Assembly: GCA_031378375.1 (NCBI GenBank)
Contig: JANNEF010000313.1
Coordinates: 3,893 to 67,892, forward strand
Length of the DNA: 64,000 bases
Direction of reading: 5' to 3'
DNA from: Verrucomicrobiota bacterium
Lineage (GTDB): Bacteria; Verrucomicrobiota; Verrucomicrobiia; Limisphaerales; JANNEF01
Below are positions 18,031 to 29,689 of the stretch, piece by piece. The position numbers were made by a program, and so were the translations under genes. Positions within the stretch are counted from its first letter, which is position 1. Every line of letters starts with the position of its first letter. Under the pieces are notes generated by a model. It had not been told where the DNA came from. It was given only the letters and a program-made list of their open reading frames with translations, and searched no databases.

Positions 18031-18852
18031 GTGAAAGTGCGGCGAGTTGTACCGGTTTGCGCGGCGATTTTTTCGGCAGCAACATGTCTGTTTGTTCCCC
18101 AAGCGTGGGCGGAGGTGATGACATTCAACCCCGTGGCCGATACGACCCTGATTGAATTCAGGCCGGATCGAAACAACGGCGGCGAGGCGTGGTTTATCGC
18201 GGGCACCACGCAAAACTTCGAGCGTAATCGCGCTCTCCTACGATTCGACGTCGCTGCCGGTCTGCCGGCCCAAGCCGTGGTTCTCAACGTCTTCCTGTCC
18301 CTTGATGTCCTCCGCCAGCCCGCCGACGGATTCGCGCCGAATATCTTCGGCCTGCACCGGGTGTTGCAACCGTGGGGTGAGGGTGACAAGTACGCCATCG
18401 ACAACCGGGGCGGTCAAGGCGCGCCCGCGACCGCCGGCGAAGCGACTTGGAGTCACCGCTTCCTTGGGGGTGCCGCGTGGGCTGCTCCGGGCGGCTTGCC
18501 CGGCGTGGATTTCTTCATCGAGCCGGGCAGCACCGCATTCGTCGAAGGCGTCGGCGGGTCCCCCTACCTTTTCGGATCCACCGCCGACACGGTTGCAGAT
18601 GTGGAATTCTGGCGCGCTCATCCGGAGTCCAACTTTGGCTGGATGCTGCTGGCTCAGGCTGAAGACAGCAATTTCACCGCCCGCCAGTTCGGCTCCCGCA
18701 ACGGCGGATTCCCGCCGCTGCTCACGGTGGAGTTCGAAGTGGTGCCGGAACCGGGGTCGCTGGCGTTGTGGGGTCTGGGTTTGGCCGGTGCCAGTTGGCT
18801 CGCACGCCGCCGCCGCCGCAATGTCCCGGCGGACCCTTCCGAGCTTTCCTAG
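18031..18852 (+). CDS. PEP-CTERM-anchored secreted protein with DNRLRE-like domain
   Basis: Signal peptide ...FVPQAWA. N-terminal PVADTTL...RNRALLRFDV...L block resembles the DNRLRE domain (from memory). C-terminal VPEPGSLALWGLGLAGASWLARRRRR is a PEP-CTERM sorting signal. Confidence 0.8.
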   Translation: MKVRRVVPVCAAIFSAATCLFVPQAWAEVMTFNPVADTTLIEFRPDRNNGGEAWFIAGTTQNFERNRALLRFDVAAGLPAQAVVLNVFLSLDVLRQPADGFAPNIFGLHRVLQPWGEGDKYAIDNRGGQGAPATAGEATWSHRFLGGAAWAAPGGLPGVDFFIEPGSTAFVEGVGGSPYLFGSTADTVADVEFWRAHPESNFGWMLLAQAEDSNFTARQFGSRNGGFPPLLTVEFEVVPEPGSLALWGLGLAGASWLARRRRRNVPADPSELS

Positions 18853-18858
18853 CCGCGT

Positions 18859-19653
18859 ATGAAAAAACCTTGGCTTTTTCAACACGCCATCCTGTTGGTG
18901 GCGTTGATGGGATCGCCAGGGGCGAACGCGGAGGAATTCAGCCACACCTTTACGCCCATTGCCGACACGAGCCTCATTCAAATCGAACCGGACCGCAACC
19001 ACGGAGGCGCGCCGTTTTTCAATGCCGGCACCACGCGCACGGGCTGGCGCAATCGCGCGCTGATCCGTTTCGACCTCACCGAGATCCTTCCCGCCGGCGC
19101 GATCATCACCTCGGCCGATCTGGTGCTGGAACCGGTGCGACGCCCCATCATCGGCGCGGTATCGTCTTCGTTCGCGCTGCACCGCGTGCTGCGCGCCTGG
19201 GCCGAGGGTGACAAGATTTTCGAGGGAACCCTGGACGAGCCGATCAGCCCCGGCCTGGGGCTGCCCGCCTCGCCGAACGAGGCGACATGGAACGATCGTT
19301 TTGCTTTCAACGGCGGCTGGAGCGCGCCGGGCGGGATGGCGGGGGTTGATTTTTCCGGTCTGATCAGTGCGACGGCGGGGAGCGATGGATCGCCCGTGGT
19401 TTTTTCCTCCACGCCCGAGCTGGTGGCCGACTTGCAACACTGGGCAAATCAGCCTGCCGCCAACTTCGGCTGGCTGCTCATGAGTCAGTCGGAGGAGGTC
19501 TGGGGCACAGCCCGAGGCCTTGCTTCGCGTGAAAGCGAGTTTCCGCCGCAACTGGTGGTTACCTTCACCGTCGTGCCGGAGCCTGGTTCACTGGTGCTCT
19601 GGTGCCTGGGATTAGGAGTGGCGGCGGTTTGGTCGCGGCGCAAATCCAGATAG
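18859..19653 (+). CDS. PEP-CTERM-anchored secreted protein with DNRLRE-like domain (paralogue)
   Basis: Collinear with the previous gene (PIADTSLIQIEPDRNHGG...RNRALIRFDL...HRVLRAWAEGDK...). C-terminal VPEPGSLVLWCLGLGVAAVWSRRKSR. Confidence 0.8.
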   Translation: MKKPWLFQHAILLVALMGSPGANAEEFSHTFTPIADTSLIQIEPDRNHGGAPFFNAGTTRTGWRNRALIRFDLTEILPAGAIITSADLVLEPVRRPIIGAVSSSFALHRVLRAWAEGDKIFEGTLDEPISPGLGLPASPNEATWNDRFAFNGGWSAPGGMAGVDFSGLISATAGSDGSPVVFSSTPELVADLQHWANQPAANFGWLLMSQSEEVWGTARGLASRESEFPPQLVVTFTVVPEPGSLVLWCLGLGVAAVWSRRKSR

Positions 19654-19777
19654 GCGCCGGATTCGTGTGAATTGGTTCGATTGTTCCGCCCACCGCGAAG
19701 CAAAGTTGAGTCGGTGACTCGCGGTTGCGATGGCCGGAATGGTTGCAATATTGTGCCCCTGAATATGGAAGTATTTC

Positions 19778-19806
19778 TTGCAAGTTTGCGGGCGAGTTCC
19801 TAAATT
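19778..19806 (+). promoter_or_regulatory. possible sigma70-type promoter (TTGCAA-N17-TAAATT)
   Basis: TTGCAA at 19778-19783, a 17-nt spacer, then TAAATT at 19801-19806. Lies 14 nt upstream of the ATG at 19820, implying a very short leader. Confidence 0.35.
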
Positions 19807-19819
19807 GACGTAACAGCTT

Positions 19820-22414
19820 ATGAAAATTTGTCGTGTCTTCGGATGGTTGTCGTCTTTGCTTCTCTGCGCGGTTGCTGCGCCCCGCCTCTCCGCCGCAGAG
19901 GCCACGCCCCAGCCACCAGTCTTCACCGGCGGAGTCGTGACCAACGGCCAGCGGGTGTTTAGTTGGACGCCCTATCCCGCCGCCGACCAATACCGGATTC
20001 TCACGACTTCAAACCTGCTGGCCCCATTCATTGAGGATTTGGCGGGCGTGTTGTCCGGTAACACTTGGATCCAAAACTCGACGGCTCCGGTGGGATTTCA
20101 CCGGCTGCAGGTCACGCCGCTTTCCTCCAACGCCCTTTTTGCCGCGACGCTGCTCAACCGGATCACGTACGGGCCGTCGCCGGATTCCGTCGAGCGCATC
20201 GCCACCATCGGGCCGCAACGGTTTCTGGAGGAGCAATTGGCTTGGGAGCAAATCGCGGAGACGATTGACACGGACCCACCCATCACGAATGCGCCCATAA
20301 TCGTGCTGCCACCACCACCGCCGCCGCCGCTGACGAACTGGATACGCGTCGCGGTTACCGGCACCTCCTCTGGTCTCAATTTTGGAATGTATCTCAGCGG
20401 TGGATCGGGGCGGGTCTATGTTGACGACGTGAGGTTGGTTTACGGCACGAACGCGGACGTGGGTTCAAACCTCCTCGCGAATGCGGATTTTGAAGACCCG
20501 GAGTTGACGAACGGCTGGATTCGCGGAAGCAGCATCACCACCGGCACGATGATCACGAACAGCCCGACTGTGGACGGCCTCGCCGCCTCCGGCACCAATT
20601 GTGTGCTGCTGGTCGGCAACAACAATTCGACGCTCTCCGCCGGGTTGTATCAGCCTTTCACCAACGCGAACCCGCCAACGAGCCAGCGGTTTACATTGAG
20701 TTTCTCCTACCTGCCCGTGCGCCAGACTGTCAGCAACGTCTACCTCATCGTACGCACGTCCGGCACCGCTGCCACCTCGACCGTGCCGTTGCCCAACCCT
20801 CCGCCCACGCCGCCCACGCCGCCCACGCCGCCCACGCCGCCGCCGGCCGTTTCCCCCGCGTATGAGAAGCTGACGAACACGCTGGCGCAGATCGAAGACC
20901 TGCGCTCCTGGCACGTTCTCCACGCCGTCCGCAGCCAGCGCCAGCTTTACGAAATCCTCGTGCAATTCTTCGACAACCACTTCTGCACTCAGTATTCCAA
21001 AACGAAGGAATGGTTCGACAACGAGAAGGAGCAGTACGTGACCAACGAAACCGTCCGCGCGCGGCTGGCCACCGAGATGGATTGGCGCGAGCACGCCAAG
21101 TGGCGCGCGGCCCTGATGAACACCAACTGCAATTTTTACGATCTGCTCAAGATCAGCATTGAGAGTCCGGCGATGATCATCTACCTCGACACGGTGCTGA
21201 ACAAGAAGTCCGCTGCCAACGAGAACTACGGGCGCGAAATCCTCGAGCTCCACACCTTCGGCGCCGACAACGGTTACGTGCAGCAGGACATCGTGGATCT
21301 GGCCAAGGTCTGGACCGGCTGGTCGGTGGACAAAAAGGCTCCCGCCGATGCGAACAACCCCTTCGCCCCAGCCGTCCTCGACCGCACCAACGACGTCGGC
21401 GTGTGGACGCTGAACTTCGTCACCAACGATCACAGCTACGCCACCAAGCGGATGTTCACCAACGTGGTGGTTGCCCCGCGCTTCGGCCCGCCATACGGCG
21501 GCCAGCCCTACTCGCTCATCCTCTCCAACTACACCGGCACCAACGGGCTGGCCGAAGGCTACGCGGTCATAGATCATCTGGCCAAGTCGCCATACACCGC
21601 CGAGTTCCTGAGCGTGAAACTCTGCCGACTCTTCGTCCACGAGCACTTCGAAATCGACACCTATGACTACACCGCTCCGAATCCCTCGCTGGAAGTGCAA
21701 CTGGTCAAAGCGTGCATCACCGCGTGGGACACTCCGGCCGCCGACGGACGGCGCGGCAACATCCGTTCCATTCTCAACGTGATTCTCAACTCCGATCTCT
21801 TCCGCGGCCATGCGGCCTCGGCGCAGAAGGTCAAGACCCCGCTCGAACTGGCTGTGAGCGCCGTCCGTGCCCTGCGTTTGAACAGCACGGACATCAACGG
21901 CTGGGTCAGCAGCACGGGGGACACCGATGGCTACGGCATCGCTTACAGCAGCGGCAGTTCCAGCCCGCTCGTGCGCATGGGCAACATGAGCCTGTTCAAC
22001 AAGGCCGAGCCGGACGGCTACTCTGAATTCGGCCGCCTCTGGCTTAACACGGCCAACCTGTGCGAGCGCATGCGCTTCGTGCAGCACCTGCTGATGCCCA
22101 CGACCAGCAGCACCAAGTCTTCCGATTATGGAAGCGGCGGCACAAAGAACACCTCCAATCCGGCGGCGTTGGTCCGGGCGAAACTCCCCGCCGCCAGTTG
22201 GAACAACGCCGGCGCGGTCGCGGATTATTTCCTCGGAGTCCTTTACCCGGGAGAAGGCCGCGCCAACCTCGACCTGGACCGGCAGGCCGCCATCAATTTC
22301 CTGAACACCGACGACGCAGGCAACACCTCCACCTTCATTTTGGCGAGCCACGACACCCGGCTGCGCGGCATGGTGGCGATGCTGATGTGTTTTCCCCGCT
22401 TCCAGGAACAATAA
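19820..22414 (+). CDS. DUF1800 family protein with N-terminal FN3-like + CBM-like extension (paralogue)
   Basis: Signal MKICRVFGWLSSLLLCAVAAPRLSA. VYVDDVRLVYGTNADVGSNLLANADFE CBM-like domain. (PTP)n linker. DUF1800 core FFDNHFCTQYSK and NENYGREILELHTFGADNGYVQQDI. Confidence 0.85.
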   Translation: MKICRVFGWLSSLLLCAVAAPRLSAAEATPQPPVFTGGVVTNGQRVFSWTPYPAADQYRILTTSNLLAPFIEDLAGVLSGNTWIQNSTAPVGFHRLQVTPLSSNALFAATLLNRITYGPSPDSVERIATIGPQRFLEEQLAWEQIAETIDTDPPITNAPIIVLPPPPPPPLTNWIRVAVTGTSSGLNFGMYLSGGSGRVYVDDVRLVYGTNADVGSNLLANADFEDPELTNGWIRGSSITTGTMITNSPTVDGLAASGTNCVLLVGNNNSTLSAGLYQPFTNANPPTSQRFTLSFSYLPVRQTVSNVYLIVRTSGTAATSTVPLPNPPPTPPTPPTPPTPPPAVSPAYEKLTNTLAQIEDLRSWHVLHAVRSQRQLYEILVQFFDNHFCTQYSKTKEWFDNEKEQYVTNETVRARLATEMDWREHAKWRAALMNTNCNFYDLLKISIESPAMIIYLDTVLNKKSAANENYGREILELHTFGADNGYVQQDIVDLAKVWTGWSVDKKAPADANNPFAPAVLDRTNDVGVWTLNFVTNDHSYATKRMFTNVVVAPRFGPPYGGQPYSLILSNYTGTNGLAEGYAVIDHLAKSPYTAEFLSVKLCRLFVHEHFEIDTYDYTAPNPSLEVQLVKACITAWDTPAADGRRGNIRSILNVILNSDLFRGHAASAQKVKTPLELAVSAVRALRLNSTDINGWVSSTGDTDGYGIAYSSGSSSPLVRMGNMSLFNKAEPDGYSEFGRLWLNTANLCERMRFVQHLLMPTTSSTKSSDYGSGGTKNTSNPAALVRAKLPAASWNNAGAVADYFLGVLYPGEGRANLDLDRQAAINFLNTDDAGNTSTFILASHDTRLRGMVAMLMCFPRFQEQ

Positions 22415-22433
22415 AACCCAAACGATTACTGTT

Positions 22434-24005
22434 ATGGCAAATCTCATCACTCGACGCTCGTTTCTCCAGACCAGCTTTCAGGCCACTCTGGCCGCCAGCC
22501 TGGCCTCCGTGATGCATATCCCGCCCTTCCTCCAGCGCGCGCTGGCCGAAGGCAACATTGGCATCAGCGGCAAGAAGCTGCTCTTCATCTTCCTGCGCGG
22601 CGGCAATGACGGCATCAACAACCTCATCCCCATCCAGGATCCGAGCTACGCCCCGAACCGCCTGGCGATCGCGCTGCCGAAAGACGGTGCCGTGAACTAC
22701 GGCGTGGCGACCGGCGTTTGCGACACACCGGGTGCCGGCTATCCCTATGGCATCAACTTGGGCAATGGCTTCGCCGCGCTCAACCCGAACCTTTACGACC
22801 TGGCGCCGCTCTACAACACTGGCAAACTCGCGCTGCTGCACCGGGTCGGCTACCGCAGCCAGTCCCGCTCGCACTTCGATTCCGAAGTTTATTGGGAGAA
22901 AGGCTCCAGCGGCAGCCGCGCGGAGTACAGCACCATCAGCGACGGCATGTTCTATCGCGCCATGGTCGAGTCCGGCTGGAATCAAAACCACGCCCTGTCC
23001 GGCGTCTCCATCCAGTCGAACATGCCGCAGTGTCTGCGCGGACAGCAACCGATGACCAATCTCAGTTCCATCAATCGTTACAATCTCCTCGGCGTCGCCA
23101 GCCCGTCCGGCTCCACCAACACCGACCGGATTAAACTGCTCAACGCCATTGATGCCGCCAACCTCCGCGCGATGCCCGTGAAGGATAACCGCGACCTCGT
23201 CTCCGGTCTCGGCACGGCCTTCCGCGACACGCTGGACATCTTCCAAAGCCCGACCTTCGCCACCAACGACTTCAAAGACACGGACGGCACCACGCATCTG
23301 TTCCCCATTGACGCGGCCTCGGATCAAAAAGGCTTCAACAGCAACAACGCCTACGATTTCTTCAATAAGATCAAGGCCGCCGCGCAGGTGCTGGCCAACA
23401 CGGACGCCGTTATCGCCGGCACTGAGATGGGCGGCTTCGACACGCACACTGGACAGGTCACCATGGGCAGTCCTCACTTGGGTGGCCACGGCAGTCTCCT
23501 CAAGCGCATCGGCTGGGCGTTCTACGCGCTCTCGAAGTTCTTTGGCAACATCCCCAAGGCCGGAGGCGGCACCCTTTGGGATGATGTCGTTGTGGTAACC
23601 ATGTCCGAGTTCGGGCGCACCTCCGCAGAGAATGGCTCCGTGGGCACCGACCACGCCGAGGCCAGCGTGATGTATGTCGCCGGCGGCAGCGTCAACGGCG
23701 GCATCCATGGTTGCAGCGATACCCCCACGGCACGATTTGGCACCATAAAAAATTGGGACAAGGGCGATGGCGGCAAGAACGGCTCCATGTTCGTGGCCAA
23801 CAGCACCGTCGGTTACCTCCGGCGCCTGATTGACTACCGTTCCGTCATGGGCGAAATCATCCGCGACCATCTGGGCGCGACGCAAGGCCAGTTGGAACGC
23901 ATCATTCCTGGCTACGCCAACGACGGTGTCGAGAAACTCTTGAACGGCATTGCTCCCGGCCCTAACGTCACCACGCCCATCGTGGGTGAAGTCGGCATCC
24001 TGTAG
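22434..24005 (+). CDS. DUF1501 protein with Tat signal (paralogue)
   Basis: ITRRSFL twin-arginine motif. LRGGNDGINNLIP, GGFDTHT, MSEFGRT and VGTDHAEAS motifs. Confidence 0.9.
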   Translation: MANLITRRSFLQTSFQATLAASLASVMHIPPFLQRALAEGNIGISGKKLLFIFLRGGNDGINNLIPIQDPSYAPNRLAIALPKDGAVNYGVATGVCDTPGAGYPYGINLGNGFAALNPNLYDLAPLYNTGKLALLHRVGYRSQSRSHFDSEVYWEKGSSGSRAEYSTISDGMFYRAMVESGWNQNHALSGVSIQSNMPQCLRGQQPMTNLSSINRYNLLGVASPSGSTNTDRIKLLNAIDAANLRAMPVKDNRDLVSGLGTAFRDTLDIFQSPTFATNDFKDTDGTTHLFPIDAASDQKGFNSNNAYDFFNKIKAAAQVLANTDAVIAGTEMGGFDTHTGQVTMGSPHLGGHGSLLKRIGWAFYALSKFFGNIPKAGGGTLWDDVVVVTMSEFGRTSAENGSVGTDHAEASVMYVAGGSVNGGIHGCSDTPTARFGTIKNWDKGDGGKNGSMFVANSTVGYLRRLIDYRSVMGEIIRDHLGATQGQLERIIPGYANDGVEKLLNGIAPGPNVTTPIVGEVGIL

Positions 24006-24118
24006 GTGAGTTCGTCCTTTATGGCTGATGAAGGCTCTGGATCCTCAAGTGCTCAGCAGCGCCGTCTGAATTTTTTCTCGTCAAGCGCACTCACTTGCGC
24101 TACTTTTTCACCAGTTTT

Positions 24119-25408
24119 ATGAAAAACATTTTTGGATGGAACACGCTCACTCTCGCGGTCGCCACCTTGGTGATTTGGCCGGTGGTTCAGACGTTTGCGG
24201 CCGATCCGGCGGCCCCAACCCCGTTGTCCCCACCCTTGCCGGGTTTACGGCCGATTGTCACCAATCGGCAGGCGTTATTGACCCCGCCGAACCTGACCAA
24301 CCGGCAGATTACCGTAGCACCGCCCCCAGCCTCCGGGCAGCCGGTGGCGGCGAATGGGTTGCCCCCGGCGCCGACTGCGCGCGTGCTGCCGCAGCCGGTC
24401 ATACCGGGTCTGAACACGCCCCCCAACGCGATTGTCTGGGATGCCGAGATCAAGGAGGTCAACGCCACGTTTGGCGACACGAACGCGCATTTCACCTTCT
24501 GGCTCACGAACACGCACACCAGCGAAGTGCTCGTGAACAATGTTCGCACCTCCTGCGGTTGCACCGTCGCCAAGCTGCCGGAACAGCCCTGGCACATCGC
24601 GCCTGGTGCCAGCGGGCCGATTGAAGTCAGCATGGACCTTCGCGGCCGGCGCGGGGTGCAAAGCAAGAGTGTCACGGTTGAGAGCAGCAGCGGTATCAAG
24701 AGTCTCGTGGTCAAGGCGAACATCGCCGAGGTGGGCGCCACCGCCACGCCGGAAGACGGCAAGCGGGTGAACAATCTGCAGGCGGCACTGGCGGACCGGC
24801 AGGCGGTGTTCAAAGGCGATTGCGCCTCGTGCCACGTCGAGCCGGCCAAGGGCAAGATGGGTGCGGAGCTTTACACCGCCGCGTGCGCCATCTGCCACGA
24901 CGCCGAACATCGCGCGGCGATGGTGCCGGACCTGAAGGTGCGCCATCCGAGCACGGCTTACGATTGGAAGACCTGGATCATGTACGGTCGGCCCGGTTCG
25001 TTGATGCCCGGCTTCGCCAAGAGCGAGGGCGGCCCGTTGACCGACGAGCAGATCGCTTCACTGTCGGATCTTTTGTGGCAGAAATACGGCAGCCCCACAA
25101 CGGGGACCGTGCCCGGCATCAAGCCGGTTTCACCGGCTTTTTCGGTGCCGCCAGCTACGCCGCCCACGCCGCCCACGCCGCCCACGCCGCCTTCTACACC
25201 AGTAATCGCTCCACGCGCGGCGGTCGTTGCGCCCTCATCGCCTGCGGTTTCTCCTGTCGCAACGGCCCCGGCGCTGATTCGTCCGGCACCACCTGCTGCG
25301 GCCACGGCTCCGGTGCTGCCCGCCGCGCCCAAGGTGGCTGTGCCTGCCGTCAAGCCTGCTCCTCCAGCCAGCAGCATCAGCGTGTTCCCGTTCCCGAAGG
25401 ACAAATAG
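24119..25408 (+). CDS. DUF1573 domain / c-type cytochrome fusion protein with Pro-rich tail
   Basis: Signal-anchor MKNIFGWNTLTLAVATLVIWPVVQTFA. DUF1573 hallmark VRTSCGCTVAKL. Two CXXCH motifs (CASCH, CAICH) followed by GSLMPGF...LTDEQIASLSDLL, typical of class I cytochrome c. ATG at 24119 preferred over TTG at 24095. Confidence 0.8.
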   Translation: MKNIFGWNTLTLAVATLVIWPVVQTFAADPAAPTPLSPPLPGLRPIVTNRQALLTPPNLTNRQITVAPPPASGQPVAANGLPPAPTARVLPQPVIPGLNTPPNAIVWDAEIKEVNATFGDTNAHFTFWLTNTHTSEVLVNNVRTSCGCTVAKLPEQPWHIAPGASGPIEVSMDLRGRRGVQSKSVTVESSSGIKSLVVKANIAEVGATATPEDGKRVNNLQAALADRQAVFKGDCASCHVEPAKGKMGAELYTAACAICHDAEHRAAMVPDLKVRHPSTAYDWKTWIMYGRPGSLMPGFAKSEGGPLTDEQIASLSDLLWQKYGSPTTGTVPGIKPVSPAFSVPPATPPTPPTPPTPPSTPVIAPRAAVVAPSSPAVSPVATAPALIRPAPPAAATAPVLPAAPKVAVPAVKPAPPASSISVFPFPKDK

Positions 25409-25520
25409 TCGTGGCAGCGGCCGGATTGGCAGCACGTGGCGCGGGGTTCTTGTCTCCGAGTTCGGGCGGCGTTTTTTCCTCGGAGAAATTCCTCGGTCCA
25501 GTCATCCGGTTGCCACTGCC

Positions 25521-26237
25521 ATGAGTGGCACGTTCATCACCTTCGAGGGGACGGAAGGCAGCGGCAAGTCCACCCAAATACAAATTCTTGCCGAGCGCTT
25601 GCGCGCCATGGGGCTTGCCATTCGTGTGCTGCGTGAGCCTGGTGGCACGCTCATCGGCGAGGAAATCCGCCACACCCTGAAACACAGCGAGCACAACCAC
25701 GCCATGACCGCTGAGGCCGAGTTGCTGCTCATGAACGCCAGCCGCGCGCAACTCGTTCGCGAAATCATCCGCCCCGCTTTGACCGCCGGGGAGATTGTCG
25801 TCTGCGACCGCTTCTTCGATTCCACGACCGCGTATCAAGGTTACGGGCGGCGTCTGAATCTCGCCCAAGTCAAAGCGGTGATTGATTTTGCGGTTGGAAG
25901 CACGCGACCGGATTTGACAGTGCTGCTCGACATTCCTTTGAGCGTCAGCGAGGCCCGCCGGCTGTCGCGCCAGGCCAAACTGATCGATGTGCCGCCAACC
26001 GCCACTCACCCGCGCACCAAGCTCGCCTTCAACGAGCCATTGCGCGACCGTATGGAAGAGGCTGACCGGGCTTTTTTTGAGCGCGTTCACGAAGGCTACG
26101 CCGACTTGACGGCCGCTGATCCGGCGCGCGTGCGGGTGATTGATGCGACCGGTGCACCCGAAGAAGTCAGTGCTGCCGTCTGGGCGGTGGTTCTGCCACT
26201 GGTATCGCCCAGGAAAAAAGCCAAAGGCGGTCGTTGA
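25521..26237 (+). CDS. tmk: thymidylate kinase
   Basis: FITFEGTEGSGKSTQ P-loop, REPGGT, DRF...S..AYQG motifs. Confidence 0.92.
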   Translation: MSGTFITFEGTEGSGKSTQIQILAERLRAMGLAIRVLREPGGTLIGEEIRHTLKHSEHNHAMTAEAELLLMNASRAQLVREIIRPALTAGEIVVCDRFFDSTTAYQGYGRRLNLAQVKAVIDFAVGSTRPDLTVLLDIPLSVSEARRLSRQAKLIDVPPTATHPRTKLAFNEPLRDRMEEADRAFFERVHEGYADLTAADPARVRVIDATGAPEEVSAAVWAVVLPLVSPRKKAKGGR

Positions 26238-26296
26238 CAAGGCCGGTGGTTTCGATACGGTTACGCCCCTGATTTAGAAAATTGCACTAGAAGAAT

Positions 26297-26560
26297 ATGC
26301 CGAACACGAAGTCCGCCAAACGCCGGGTCCGCAGCAGCGCCCGCAAGCAACTGAACAACCATAGCATTAAATCCCGCCTCAAGACCTTGGAGCGTGGTTA
26401 TCTCAGCGCCGTCACCAACGGCAAGAAGGATGAAGCCTCGCTGGCATTTCGCGGTGTGAGTTCGGCTTTCGACAAGGCGGTGAAGAGCGGCGTCGTCCAC
26501 CGGGCGACGGCCAACCGGAAAAAATCCCGTCTGGCCGCGCAGCTTGCCACCATCAAGTAA
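26297..26560 (+). CDS. rpsT: 30S ribosomal protein S20
   Basis: 87 aa. MPNTKSAKRRVRSSARKQLNN...; basic, S20-typical N-terminus. Confidence 0.92.
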   Translation: MPNTKSAKRRVRSSARKQLNNHSIKSRLKTLERGYLSAVTNGKKDEASLAFRGVSSAFDKAVKSGVVHRATANRKKSRLAAQLATIK

Positions 26561-26583
26561 GCGGCAGCTGATTTTCAAATGAA

Positions 26584-26607
26584 GGCGCCGGCTGCGGCGC
26601 CTTTTTT
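26584..26607 (+). terminator. rho-independent terminator of rpsT
   Basis: ggcgccg-gctg-cggcgcc: 7-bp GC stem and 4-nt loop, followed by tttttt. Confidence 0.8.
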
Positions 26608-26621
26608 GTGGGGTGAAGGAG

Positions 26622-26699
26622 TGGTCGGAGCGACAGGATTCGAACCTGCGACTTCGTGGACCCAAACCACGCGCTCTAGCCAGGCTGAGCTACGCTCCG
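26622..26699 (-). tRNA. tRNA-Pro (anticodon TGG), CCA encoded
   Basis: Manual fold. Acceptor CGGAGCG/CGCTCCG, D-arm GCTC..GAGC, anticodon stem CGTGG/CCACG with loop TTTGGGT, T-loop TTCGAAT. 78 nt. Confidence 0.9.
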
Positions 26700-26809
26700 T
26701 CTGCGCCGCAGACTATCCCCGGAACTGAAGTGCGGCGCAATCAGTATTTCAGAGATTTCGATTCTGTCGAACCGCCTCGAAATCAGGCGTCCGCCCGCCA
26801 GAGTTTGCA

Positions 26810-29665
<2,856 letters not shown>

Positions 29666-29689
29666 AACGAAAGCTGTCACCACAGAACC

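Noticed and set aside
20465-22450. 661-aa minus-strand ORF; similarly 22335..23885 (516 aa), 18238..19551 (437 aa) and 16497..17516 (339 aa)
   Set aside because: These are shadow ORFs typical of high-GC DNA, with Arg/Gly/Ala/Val-rich composition and no motifs. The opposite strand encodes proteins with clear DUF1800/DUF1501/PEP-CTERM signatures.
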